A DNA stretch of 64,000 bases from Oculina patagonica (lineage: Eukaryota): assembly GCF_052425735.1 (NCBI RefSeq), contig NC_135765.1:62001-126000 (forward strand). Reading direction: 5' to 3'. Made by a program: the position numbers and the translations under genes. The notes beneath the pieces are model-generated. The model was not told the DNA's origin. It did no database searches and was given only the letters and a program-made list of their open reading frames with translations. Below, in pieces: positions 50,801 to 61,856 of this stretch (position 1 is the first letter of the stretch; each line of letters starts with the position of its first letter).

Positions 50801-53800
50801 TTTGACGTTTGTAATTTTTGAAAGATGTAAGTGCTAGTGATTATTTATTCGTGTTTTAGCATTAGTTACGCAATCCCTTGTTTGTGCGACTCTTTTTATA
50901 GATCGCCATTCAGACACACGTGCGTTGAGATAGGAAAGCTGACATGTCACTTTTAAAATTGTTATATAACGTTTGTAAATGTGACAAGTCACGTTTTTTC
51001 CACAAGATCGCAAGTGATCACCCACGGAAAGAAATCCCTTGAGAAATTAAAACAGTCCCTTGAGAAATTAAAAAAGTCCCTTGAGAGTAGACAAGAATGT
51101 GGTTCCAAATTTTGCCCCACATAACTGCTATTCTCCTACTTTCGCTTGTAAACAAGCAAAAAAGTCGAAAAAAGGGATCTTTCCTAAAAGAAACTTTTTT
51201 GCTATTTTTGGACAAAAAGAAAGAAGAAAAATATGTTACCAGTTTAATTTGGCACCGCGCTTTGTTTCTTACCTTCGCAATTTTTACCACTGAACATTTC
51301 TTGACATTCACATGTGTACAGCAGAGGATCATTCTTGTTCACAACACAAAACCCATTGTTTTGGCAAGGATCATTATCACAACCAGTAGGATAGGAATAC
51401 GAAGGCTGCAGACGATATACGAAGTTTGCCAATTCTTCACCAACTCCATTAACGCAATTTTCTGATTTTCCGTACTTGTTGTAGGTGTTGGCCATGTTCT
51501 CACTAGTCCAACATTCCACTTCATTCTGCACAGCAAAGTACTCGTAACCCATGTCTCGAGCCAAAGTAGAGCAGTACACAACGGTTGCTTTGGGATCTAA
51601 ATTGCTGTGGAAACTGGCGTATTTATCTGTCAACAGCTTTTCTTTCTTGACTTTTTCCACGAAACAACCTTGAGCTACGGATTTTGGTACATGTTCTAAA
51701 AACAAGCATTACATTTTTTTTAAATCCATCTATTAGGTAACTGCCATGAAGATTAAAGCGCTCGGGGCGCTTATTTACTTTTGGTAGCATAAGGGAGAGC
51801 GCTTATATAAAGGGCGCTCATGAAGATAGAGGGGTTCGCATAATCACAACACCATTCAATTGTTAATTACACTCGATATCGTGTTATCACTTGTCTAGCC
51901 AGTCTCTTCTGTCTATATTATGAATGTCACTTTCGCTGCTGGGCGCTTATTAGAAGGAATGGGCTAAATCGAATCATAATGGTATATGTTATTCAATTAG
52001 ACAATATGTGATAGAACAACGAACAGTCAAATTTAAAAAAAATAGTTGGATAATTGCTTGATCGAATGGGACTTAACAGTAGTAGTGCAATACTTGTTGT
52101 TAGTAGTTGCTAAATAGTCGTGCTTATTTACTCACCAAAGGTATACACTTCAATTGAAGACTTGCTTCCTATGCCGCTTTTACATTTCTCTGGGCTGGTA
52201 CCTGATTTCGCGTAGTATTCTTTTTCAGCACGTTCGCTCGATAAGCAATTGCCATTAACGCCAAGAGCAAAATGTCTGTAGCCCTTCTGAAATGCAAGCT
52301 CACCGCATTCATATATATACGTTTTTGCTTTAGCTGGATCAAAATCCTTTTTATGTTCGGCAAGAACATCCTTCAAACCTGATTTCGGTGTCCCGAAACA
52401 ACCAATTTCGGTAAACGATGTTACTGAAAGAAAAGAAAGAACATGAAAAAAGAACACGAATTTTAGACCAGTAGAAATCAAGGAGTATCGTTAATCGGGT
52501 GACTACATGATTGTCTCAGGACAGCCTTTATAATTTACTGTAAATCGCCAGTTAGTATCACTTCATGATAATTTGATGATCTGATACAAATATATCTGCG
52601 CATGCAGCATAGGGAAATGTCCTCTCGTTCCTGTCACGCCACTCAGATAGATACCTAGTTTGATTTTTCGGTCCAATTAAGGTCTCCATTCATGTTCTCT
52701 TTATTACCTTGGCAATTCTTTCCAAAATAACCGTCCGGACAATCGCAGTGGTACACAGATATGTCAGTTTCATCATTTCTACAGGTTGCGCCATTAACAC
52801 AGGGTTTGGCATCGCAGGGAAATATTTGAACTGTGAACAAAATTAAAAAAAAATGCCAATAAGTCAGCATTTCCTCTAACCCATGATATACAAAAATGGT
52901 ATCGATGTCTTCCAATTCTAAGGGTTGCGGGAGTACCGCGGGTACTTATCTCTGGCTTTCATAGCCAGTTATAGCTCTAAATGACAAGGAATATCTGCAG
53001 CTTCAGAATGGGACGCTTGTCCACCGCAGGCTGCTCTCAGCACCCTGCCAAAAGTCTCTGCCATTTCTATTTGAACACAGTTTGAACAATAGCAATTCCA
53101 AACTATCTTGACCAAGAAGGTAACAAGAGAACCGTAAAGTTCCGACACCATAACATCAGGTCACCATGGCTGAAGGAGTAAGGTACCTGCGTAACTTTAA
53201 ATATACATACCAGATTACAATACTAACCTTCGCAGTTGGTTCCTTTAAACCAGTCTCCACAGCGACACTCGTATAACTCAGGATTCTTGGGATCACTGTG
53301 ACAATATCCATCATTAAGACAAGGATCACTGTCACAGGCAGTTAGTTGCACTGTTAGGAAAATATACACTTTTTATAAACAATCCTACTAACAAAGTACA
53401 CTATAGGAAGAAACGAAGAAAAATGTAAAGATCAATAAAAAGTTCTCTCACTAAGCAAGTGGCACATACATCTACCGCTTTATTCCCGGGATTATGTAAT
53501 TCTATTCTATAACCTTTGGATGAATATCAGTGGATCGTCTAACAATCATTACCTTCACAGTTTTTCCCAGTGAACCACTTTTTACAATGGCAATGATACT
53601 CTGAGTTGTCGTTGGCGTCATTGCTACAGTTGGCTCCATTATCGCAAGGTTGTAAATCACAGGGGAAAATCTGTTCTGAAAGTAGAAGGAAATAGAAATA
53701 TATATTATTATCTGAATTTTTTTTAAGTCAGCAAGTATTTTTTTAATTTCTACCTAGCCAACTCCTGAAAGACCTGTAATGTTAACAGAACTGATACAGG

Positions 53801-54391
53801 ATTCAGCTAGAAGTAAAGAAAGAACAAACGGACGGACGGTTGATCTCTATTGGCTTCTTTTGTTTTTGTAATTTTATAAATCCAGTGACCTGAATGCCAA
53901 ACCTTTCTGAGAACGATAAAAAACTGTTTCGACTCCGGCCTAGATAAGCTTTCATTTTTCTAAAAGCAGATGGTTCAAGCAGTTGGCAATAGTCAGTTGT
54001 TATTTTGAATTGTAATTAATAAAAGCAAGGAAATAGCAACGCGGGTATTGACTATGAATTGTTCAACCGCCCAGATACACTCTTTTTTTTATAAGAATAT
54101 AGTTTTTCCGACCCAGGCTGAATATTCTTATTTTTCTGCCGATTTTAGCCTGAAAATATTCTTATGGGACTCTTATGAGCATTCTTAGAAAATACCGTTT
54201 GACATTCCGTTTTAGCAAGTATTGCAATTGGGTAATCAGTTTCAAGTGTTCGGGGTCCAGATCTGTATCGTGTTACATTGTGCATATGTACCATTGCCTT
54301 TCGTTGCAGCCTGGCCGTTTTGGCTTTAAACAAAGCATTCCTCGCAGAGATAAAGTGACGGAAATGAAAATACCTGATTTTGTTTCAACTA

Positions 54392-54429
<38 letters not shown>

Positions 54430-55022
54430 TTCTTAAAATGTTCTTAAAAATTAGCAAATTTCAGCCTCGATATTCTTATAAACTAGATTCATATAAAATA
54501 AAAAGAGTGTAGCAGTAAATTTAGATTTGAGCCCTATTACCCGAGTGCCTTCTAAGCAGGCTTAAAGAGTGACATAGAGTGTAATCTAAAATTAACATTA
54601 AATGGACAGTGTGACTGACTTCTGTGTGACTCAGCTCAAATTGTATGTATTACGTTTGTTAAACATACTTTCACAGTTTGTGCCTTCAAACCAATCTTCA
54701 CAGTAGCATTTGTACCAGGAGGGGTCCCTTTTGTCACTAAGGCAATATCCTCGGTCATTACACGGGTTTTCGTCGCACTTTGTCATCTTTACTGTGAAAT
54801 AAACGTAAATGTTAATTTTGCAGTTACATAGCAAATTCATATCAACTCTGCCTTCTTGCTACACACACACACAAAAAAATATTTTCAAACTGAGCTTACT
54901 TTCACAATATCTTCCTGTCAGCCACGGTGCACAGAGACAGTTAAAATTTGCCGGATCATTGGGATCGTTAATACACGTGGCATGATTGTGACATGGACTA
55001 CTGCTGCATGGAAGAATTTTGT
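47853..55022 (-). CDS. Extracellular multi-domain protein: at least 7 EGF-like domains and 4 WSC-like domains; 5' exons lie beyond the Polinton or are lost
   Basis: EGF exons at ~54899-55022, 54668-54791, 53552-53676, 53228-53351, 52708-52831, 49641-49764 (C..PC...C..C.C..G..C). WSC-like exons at ~52135-52425, 51272-51696 (plus EGF), 48966-49248, 48118-48422 (GCF/Y...C..LA...Y..FA.QN..ECW). Last exon uncertain. Confidence 0.82.
54078..54509. mobile_element. Tc1/mariner-type MITE in an intron
   Basis: TA-CACTCTTTT..TTTATA.GAAT / ATTC.TATAAAA.AAAAGAGTG-TA. Confidence 0.8.
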
Positions 55023-55465
55023 CTGAAAACAAATGAAACAAGACAAAATCTTTTGATCTTAAAAGAATTTTGGTAGGAAACTCGTAAGAATCATGACATT
55101 TAACAGTCACCATAGTTTGCCCGTACTGTTTCAAATTTCCATTTTTGAAGACAGGAATGCTATACAATCGACAGTTATGTCTGCGCCCAGCTTAGATACC
55201 TTCAAAATGGCTCTTTTATGTTACTAACACACACATATAAGGTGGCGCTTTTGGCACAAATCGCGACAACTCGCTCGGCTCGCCATGGCTCGCCTCGCTC
55301 CTTGTCGCGATTAGTGACCAAAAGCGCCACCTTATATGTGTGTACAAAAATCGCGAGCGGCACCCAAAATCTATGCGGCTTGAGAGCTCACAAATCTCAA
55401 GCTCCATTGCTGTGCCAGAAAAAATTCCTATTGAACAAATGTTTTTCATTGGTATAAACGCCAAC

Positions 55466-58400
55466 ATGACTGCTGCAAGTTATTCGAAAGAAGTTTTGCA
55501 AGCACTCTTGAAGGAAATTCGCGGCTTTAAAGAAAATCCACAATGGAACAACAATTTTTTATTGGCCCAATCCGATTTCAATGAATGGCTACGAGTGTGG
55601 AAAATGACCATACCAGAAGGAAGCCGAATCAGCAAAGACCTTTTTGTCTTTCAAAAAAAAACAAAAGGAAAGTTTGTTTATTTGGTAGAGAATGAAATAA
55701 GAGATTTGAAAAGCGTAAAAGTAAGTTTTGAGATGAAAATAAAATTTACAAAAGAAAATTTTGAGACTGGTATAACACAAGAGATGGAGCATTATTTTAA
55801 AGAAAAAGAACCGCATGTTTTTAACGAAAATAATAAACAACAGATAAAACAAGATTTCGAGAGATTTATTGAAAGAGCAAAAGGTCAAATTGAGGCTTGG
55901 TCAGAGCGCGGCTCAGGCTGGGTTATTGAAAGAATAACCGCTCGCTATCAGCCATTGCGCGGAGGAACTTATTTGCCTCTCCCAGCCAATTTGGCAAAAA
56001 AGAAAGCAATAATCAACGTGCAAAACAGGGATAACGAATGTTTGAAGTGGGCTTTGAGAGCTGCACTTTTTCCTCCATGGGACGGAAAAAACCTTCAAAG
56101 AACAAGCAAATACCCGGCCAACGACGGAATTAACTACAGAGGCATCGATTTCCCCACACCTGTAAAACAGATTGACAAACTCGAGAGGCAAAACAGCAAC
56201 CTCTCAATAAATGTGTTCGGCTGGGAAGACAATCGTGTGATTGTGCACAGAATAAGCAAAAAAGAAAAAACCATTCCTCGTATTTGCCTTATTTTGATTG
56301 AGTCAGGATTAATTCAGCACTACTGTTTTGTAAAAAGAGTAAGCGCGTTACTCTTTGATCAGAGCAAACATCAACATGCAAAACACTTTTGCATGATGTG
56401 TTTGACCGGTTTCACAAGAGCGGACTTGCTCGAGAACCATGAAAAACATTGCAATGGCATGAACGGCAGGCCAACAAGGATCGAGATGCCGGAAGAGGGG
56501 AAAAACACCCTTTCTTTCCAAAATCATCACAAACAGATGAGGGCGCCATACGTGATATATGCGGACTTTGAGGCTTTGGTCAGAAAGATTCAAGGATGCG
56601 AGCGTGGGCCAGAGAGCAAGCAAAAAAGCTACACTGAGAAAACAGAACAGCACGAGGCATGTGGTTTTGCTTACACAGTTGTAAGGAGTGACGGAAGAAA
56701 TGAACGGCCAGTGGTTTACAGAGGTGAAAATGCTGTTGAAGTGTTTTTGAACTGTCTTCAAGAGGAAGAGAAAAAAATAAGAAATAGTTTGTCATCGCCA
56801 AAACCTCTTGTGATGACAGCAATAGATTGGGAAAAATTTAAAAATGCAACTGATTGCCATATTTGTGAAAAAAGTTTGATAAAAGATTACTTTTTAGACT
56901 CTTTACCTGTATGGATAAGTGAAACAGGTAGAGTATACACTTATGATGGGCAATGGCATAAAAAATGTTATTACAATGTAAAGAAAGAACACGACAGTTC
57001 GTTTCTCATTCTAAAAAGATTGACAGAAGAAGAGCACAAAGAAGCTGCAGAAGAACAAGATGACTGCTTATGCTGTGGACAACCTTTGCTTCAGCAAAAC
57101 TTCAGAGATGCAGTTAAGGACCATTGCCACATAACAGGCAAGTTTCGAGGAGCCGCGCACAACGCATGCAACCTTAAAATGAGAATAAAACCAAAAACGG
57201 ACCAAATACCAGTTGTATTTCACAACCTTAGGGGCTATGATGCACACCATTTAATGCAGGCGATGTCAAAGCTGTCTCAATCGACACAAAAAGAGGTGAA
57301 ATGCGTAGCCAACAACATGGAGAAATACATAACATTTTCATTTGGCGGTCTGCGCTTTATTGACAGCTTGAACTTTCTACAAGGAAGCCTCGATTCACTT
57401 GTAAGCGCAACACCGAAAGAGTCATTGAAAATAACAAAATCTCTTTCTTCACAAAATTTTGAACTTCTTTTTAAAAAGGGAATTTACCCTTACGAATACA
57501 TGGAATCGTGGGAAAGGCTTGACGAAACAAGTCTGCCAGACAAAGAAAAGTTTTACAGCAAGCTAAACGACGAGCACATAACAGACGAAGAGTACGATCA
57601 CGCAAAGAGGGTATGGGAAGCTTTTGGATGCAAAACGCTTGGTGACTACCACGACCTATACGTGAAAACAGACGTGTCCCTGTTGGCTGACGTTTTCGAA
57701 AACTTCCGAAAAATCTGCCTTGAGCAGTACGGGTTGGATCCTGCGAATTATTACACGTCGCCTGGCCTTTCTTGGGACGCACTCTTGAAAAAGACAGGCG
57801 TGCAGCTTGAGCTCCTTACAGACTCAGAAATGCATCTATTTGTCGAAAGGGGAATAAGAGGAGGTATTTCCATGGTTAGCAAGAGATATGCAAAGGCAAA
57901 CAATCCTTATGTTGAAGGCTATGACCCAAGCAAGCCAAAAAAATACATAATGTACCTTGATGCAAACAACCTTTATGGGTGGGCAATGAGCAAGCCACTG
58001 CCAAAAAGTGGTTTCAAATGGAAAAGAGTTATGCCGACTGAAAAAGAAATAATGAGAAAAAAGGAGTTTGCAAGAACTGGCTGGATATTGGAGGTAGACC
58101 TTGAATACCCCGCAGAACTTCATGAAGAGCACAACAGCTACCCATTGGCACCAGAGAAAAAGAAAATAAGCGAGGAACTTTATTCTGATTACCAAAAAAA
58201 ATTAAAAGATAAGCTTGATCTGGACCCACCAGACAGCGAAAAGCTTGTTTTGACTCTTGAGGACAAAAGTAACTATGTTGTGCATTACCGAAACTTGCAG
58301 TTTTATCTTAAGCAGGGCATGAAACTAAAAAAAGTTCACAAAGTAATGGAGTTCGAACAAGAATGCTGGATGGAGCCGTACATCCGGATGAACACAGAAT

Positions 58401-59270
58401 TCAGGAAAAAAGCGAAAAACGACTTTGAAATGAACTTTTACAAGCTCATGAATAACTCAGTTTTCGGAAAAACAATGGAAAACCTGCGTAACCGTGTTGA
58501 CATAAAAATAGTGCGAAGCAATGAAACAAACAAAATACGAAAATTGATTGCAAGCCCATTGTACTCAAGGCATGTAATGTTTTCTAACGATCTGGTTGGA
58601 ATAGACATGCGCAAAAGCAAGCTTATTCTTAATAAGCCTGTTTACACTGGGATGACTATCCTTGACAACAGCAAGATACTAATGTATGATTTCTTTTACA
58701 ACCATCTGAAAAAGGTATACGGTCCGCGTTGCGAGCTCTTGTATACGGACACAGACAGCCTTTTGCTCGAGATCGAAACAGATGACATCTACGAAGACAT
58801 GGAATGGAACAAAACTCTGTATGATACAAGCGACTACCCAAAAGAGCATCCACTCCATTCATACGAAAACAAAAAGGTCTTGGGAAAAATGAAAGACGAA
58901 TGCGCAGGAACCCCCATATCAGAGTGTGTTTGTCTCAGACCGAAAATGTACTCAATAATTTATGGGGCGCAAACCGAAGACCAAAAAAAAAATCAAAAAA
59001 TCGAAGGGTGTAAAAAAGAGCGTTGTAAAGAAGCAAATTGTACATGAACAGTATAAGGAAACGCTTTTTAGCGCTAAGCAGTTATGGCATGGAATGAACA
59101 TACTTAGAAGCGTAGGACATGAGATTTACGGAATGCATCTCAACAAGGTCTCGCTGTCGCCTTTTGACTCAAAGCGATGGATAGCGGATGATGGGATACA
59201 TACAAATGCTTACGGGTATAAGCTCAAAACTTTTATAGCTTTTTTAGGGTTCGCTTCGCGAAGGTGGTAA
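55466..59270 (+). CDS. polB: Protein-primed family B DNA polymerase (pPolB), with a frameshift in the A10 run at 58983-58992
   Basis: Exo I YADFE, Exo II FHNLRGYD, Exo III YVKTD; Pol motifs YLDANNLYG, KLMNNSVFGK, YTDTDS; the KSKGV and LSPFDSKRW C-terminal motifs lie in the 58962..59270 frame. Confidence 0.95.
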
Positions 59271-60242
59271 CTGTGTATTTGGAGGAATAACGAGCAATTC
59301 TTCACGCACGAAGCCTCGCTTGGGGCCATCGTGCAAGTAATAAAGCACTGGCTGATCAGGTTTAGTAACAGACCTTTCAATGCTGTAGACTTTTAATGAC
59401 CAAATCGGATCTGTAGCCCTTTTTACGCCGCCTTCCAGCTCGCCAGGTTGGTAAAGATAGCGCACATTAACGAGAGAGGGGAGCTTTTTTTCTTTTAAGC
59501 CAACAGGTCTTGTATATTTTGACGACGGTTTGGAAAAAACAGCCTTTTCTTTGATTGCGGCAGCTGGTTTCTTGCCAGTAAGACTTGTTACTTCGTTGTT
59601 CAGAGCTGTAACAACTTCGGGTAGCCTTTTAACCCACGCTGTCGACCTCTGGCCAGATGGCAGGGTCATCTCGACACCGTACTGATAACCAAACAGGCGC
59701 TCTGCCAGTGTTTGATTAAAACGTTCAACAATGGCTTGATCTCTGTGGATGTTAACACGCCCGCGCCTAATATAGGTTTTGTGATTTTCCATTTCTTTGG
59801 TAACAGCACCCATGAATTCGCGACCGGGGTCAACTTGCAGCATCTGTGGCCATTTTAGTGCACTTCGCCTGTAAATTGTCTGAAAACCTTTTGCAACCTC
59901 AGTTGAATCTTTGGAGGTCAAAGGCTCGGCCCCTTTGTAACGGCTGGCAACGTCAACAACAGTCAGAGCGTATTTGTAAACTTTTCGCCCTCGCGGCAGT
60001 TTGTCGTGTGGCAGAAAAAGAAGGTCCGCCTGGTGGACCGCGTTAGGAGTAGAAACATCGAATTTTGGGCGAGGAACGTATCGTGGTGCCGGAAGGTAGA
60101 TCTGCCAAAGGGCCTGCTTAACTAGCCACTTTTTTGCAGCATCTTCGGAAACCTTGGCGGCCTCGGCTAATTTTTTTATCGCGGCAATTCCTTTCCAGTA
60201 GCCCTGGGGGCTATAGTAGACTTTCGAGATCTTTGCATCCAT
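59244..60242 (-). CDS. Retroviral-like (rve, DDE) Polinton integrase
   Basis: QADL, VDPGREF, AIVERFNQTL catalytic triad; N-terminal YYSP; C-terminal WS..Y.I...F.REEL region; no chromodomain seen. Confidence 0.95.
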   Translation of the reverse strand: MDAKISKVYYSPQGYWKGIAAIKKLAEAAKVSEDAAKKWLVKQALWQIYLPAPRYVPRPKFDVSTPNAVHQADLLFLPHDKLPRGRKVYKYALTVVDVASRYKGAEPLTSKDSTEVAKGFQTIYRRSALKWPQMLQVDPGREFMGAVTKEMENHKTYIRRGRVNIHRDQAIVERFNQTLAERLFGYQYGVEMTLPSGQRSTAWVKRLPEVVTALNNEVTSLTGKKPAAAIKEKAVFSKPSSKYTRPVGLKEKKLPSLVNVRYLYQPGELEGGVKRATDPIWSLKVYSIERSVTKPDQPVLYYLHDGPKRGFVREELLVIPPNTQLPPSRSEP

Positions 60243-60269
60243 GCGTGTATACAATAAAAAAAGAAAAGT

Positions 60270-60695
60270 TTAAAGAAACCGAAAGGCAGCGTACCCAAGT
60301 GCAAGCGCGCCAGCACCAACGAACATAAGTTCACCTTGTTTCTGCTGCTCGCTTGGCTGATAAAAATCAGAAAACTTGGGCTCTTTCGGTAAAATAATTT
60401 GTTTGTCAGGATGTGCCTGGTTGTAGAGTTTGAAAGCGTAGTCAGTGTTAGTGAAGTTCTGTTTGGCCTGCTCTTTTATTTCCGCGTTGGTTTGTATCCA
60501 GTCGAGGAGCTTGGTGCGGTCGCGAGAGTATTTAGCGTAAGCGGCCTGGTAAGCCTCGAGAGCTTTGTCGTGTCTTTCTTTTTCTTTTAAAGCGGCGTCA
60601 TCTCCGCCACCCAAAGCTCGAGCAAGGTAGTTGCCGCCAATGAAAGCAGCAGCGTTCAAGATAGCTCCGCCAGCCATAATCGCGATGCTTGCCAT
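60270..60695 (-). CDS. Viral hypothetical protein, 141 aa, Gly/Ala-rich hydrophobic N- and C-termini around a coiled coil
   Basis: Clean ATG-stop ORF tiled within the viral gene block. Confidence 0.8.
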   Translation of the reverse strand: MASIAIMAGGAILNAAAFIGGNYLARALGGGDDAALKEKERHDKALEAYQAAYAKYSRDRTKLLDWIQTNAEIKEQAKQNFTNTDYAFKLYNQAHPDKQIILPKEPKFSDFYQPSEQQKQGELMFVGAGALALGYAAFRFL

Positions 60696-60730
60696 TGTGT
60701 GTCTTTGTTCTTATATTATGCGAATTTTTT

Positions 60731-60949
60731 TTAATTGGTGGGGAGGATTTTCTGGTCCTCGAGATATTGTTTTAGTGCAATACTGCCTGTCATGACGGCT
60801 GTGAACTTTACATAGTTCATAAAACTGCTGCTTGGGTCGGATGTGAAGTTTTCTTTCACAACTTTTTTGGCAGCCCAGCCGATTCCGGCGGCTAGACCTG
60901 TAATGGTGGCTGCATCCATGAGTGTTTTCACGAGTTTGTTGTCGGACAT
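60731..60949 (-). CDS. Viral small hydrophobic protein, 72 aa (MSDNKLVK...)
   Basis: ATG at 60949 follows an AT-rich spacer; two hydrophobic/amphipathic helices. Confidence 0.7.
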   Translation of the reverse strand: MSDNKLVKTLMDAATITGLAAGIGWAAKKVVKENFTSDPSSSFMNYVKFTAVMTGSIALKQYLEDQKILPTN

Positions 60950-61002
60950 GACGGTAGAACTTAGTTCAGTATAAAATAAAAAAAAAACATTTAATTGAAA
61001 AT

Positions 61003-61179
61003 TCATTGTTCCCCTTCTTCTTGAGCGCTTTCGCGCACTTTCACGAAAATATCTGGGTTTTTTGCAATCCAAACGATTGTTTTGACGCACTTTTCCGTGA
61101 AATTTATCCAAACCAAGCCAACCGTTGAAACTGCAGCAACGGTTAACATAAACTGTTGGATGTCAGGGACTTTCCACAT
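61003..61179 (-). CDS. Viral small membrane protein, 58 aa (MWKVPDIQ...)
   Basis: ATG at 61179 preceded by TAATAAA; one TM-like segment; fills the gap between neighbouring genes. Confidence 0.55.
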   Translation of the reverse strand: MWKVPDIQQFMLTVAAVSTVGLVWINFTEKCVKTIVWIAKNPDIFVKVRESAQEEGEQ

Positions 61180-61220
61180 TTTATTATAAAATGATGAAAA
61201 AATATTTAATTGAAAGTTTA

Positions 61221-61742
61221 TTAATCCATCGGACGAATTCCTCTTTTTGGTTGCGGAATTTTCGATGATGCGCTGATTCGCTGCCGCTCTGCAGGAGCCT
61301 CTTGAGCTGGCTCTGGTTCTGGTGCCGTGCCTTTGGCTGGGTGGGTTTTGCTCTTGATAAAGGCTTTGATGTCTTCGCGTTTGACATAAGTTGTAATAAT
61401 TGCAACGCCAATACTCATCAAAGAGATCCATTGATTTGTGCTTAGACCGCTGGATTCCGGCGGAGACTCGGTCGGAGCTGGTTCCGTTACGGGTGGAGTT
61501 ACATTTCGCTTAGCAGCCGCAGATTTCTTTTCCTTTTCTTTTGCAATTATGGCAGCGGCCTCGACAGCAGCTTTTTTCTGTGCTTCACGAGCCTGTTTTG
61601 TTTTTTCAGCTGCAAGCTTGCCAGCAGCCACTCGCTTTGGATTTTTGGCAGGTTTTGTTGCAGGAGTTGTTGAAGTGACTTGTGGAACGTTTTCTTGAAC
61701 AACTGCAGGTTCGCTCGGTATTTGTGTTTCAGGGTCCGCCAT
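61221..61742 (-). CDS. Viral hypothetical protein, 173 aa, basic KNPKRVAAGK helix plus one TM-like helix
   Basis: Clean ORF; WISLMSIGVAIITTYV hydrophobic stretch; Pro/Thr-rich flanks. Confidence 0.8.
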   Translation of the reverse strand: MADPETQIPSEPAVVQENVPQVTSTTPATKPAKNPKRVAAGKLAAEKTKQAREAQKKAAVEAAAIIAKEKEKKSAAAKRNVTPPVTEPAPTESPPESSGLSTNQWISLMSIGVAIITTYVKREDIKAFIKSKTHPAKGTAPEPEPAQEAPAERQRISASSKIPQPKRGIRPMD

Positions 61743-61856
61743 TTATTAGAAAAAATAATATATTTAAATGAAAAATGCTTAGCAAACTTTTTTGGTCAGC
61801 ATTTAATGAGCATTGTTCAGTAATTACTTAGCATTTTCTTAGCATTGCTTAGTAAT

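Noticed and set aside
55340-55465. N-terminal extension of pPolB from a GTG start
   Set aside because: Non-ATG start overlapping the terminal hairpin; ATG at 55466 (or 55439) is more plausible in a eukaryotic virus.
55589-58862. Minus-strand ORFs within polB
   Set aside because: Antisense shadows with no recognisable motifs.
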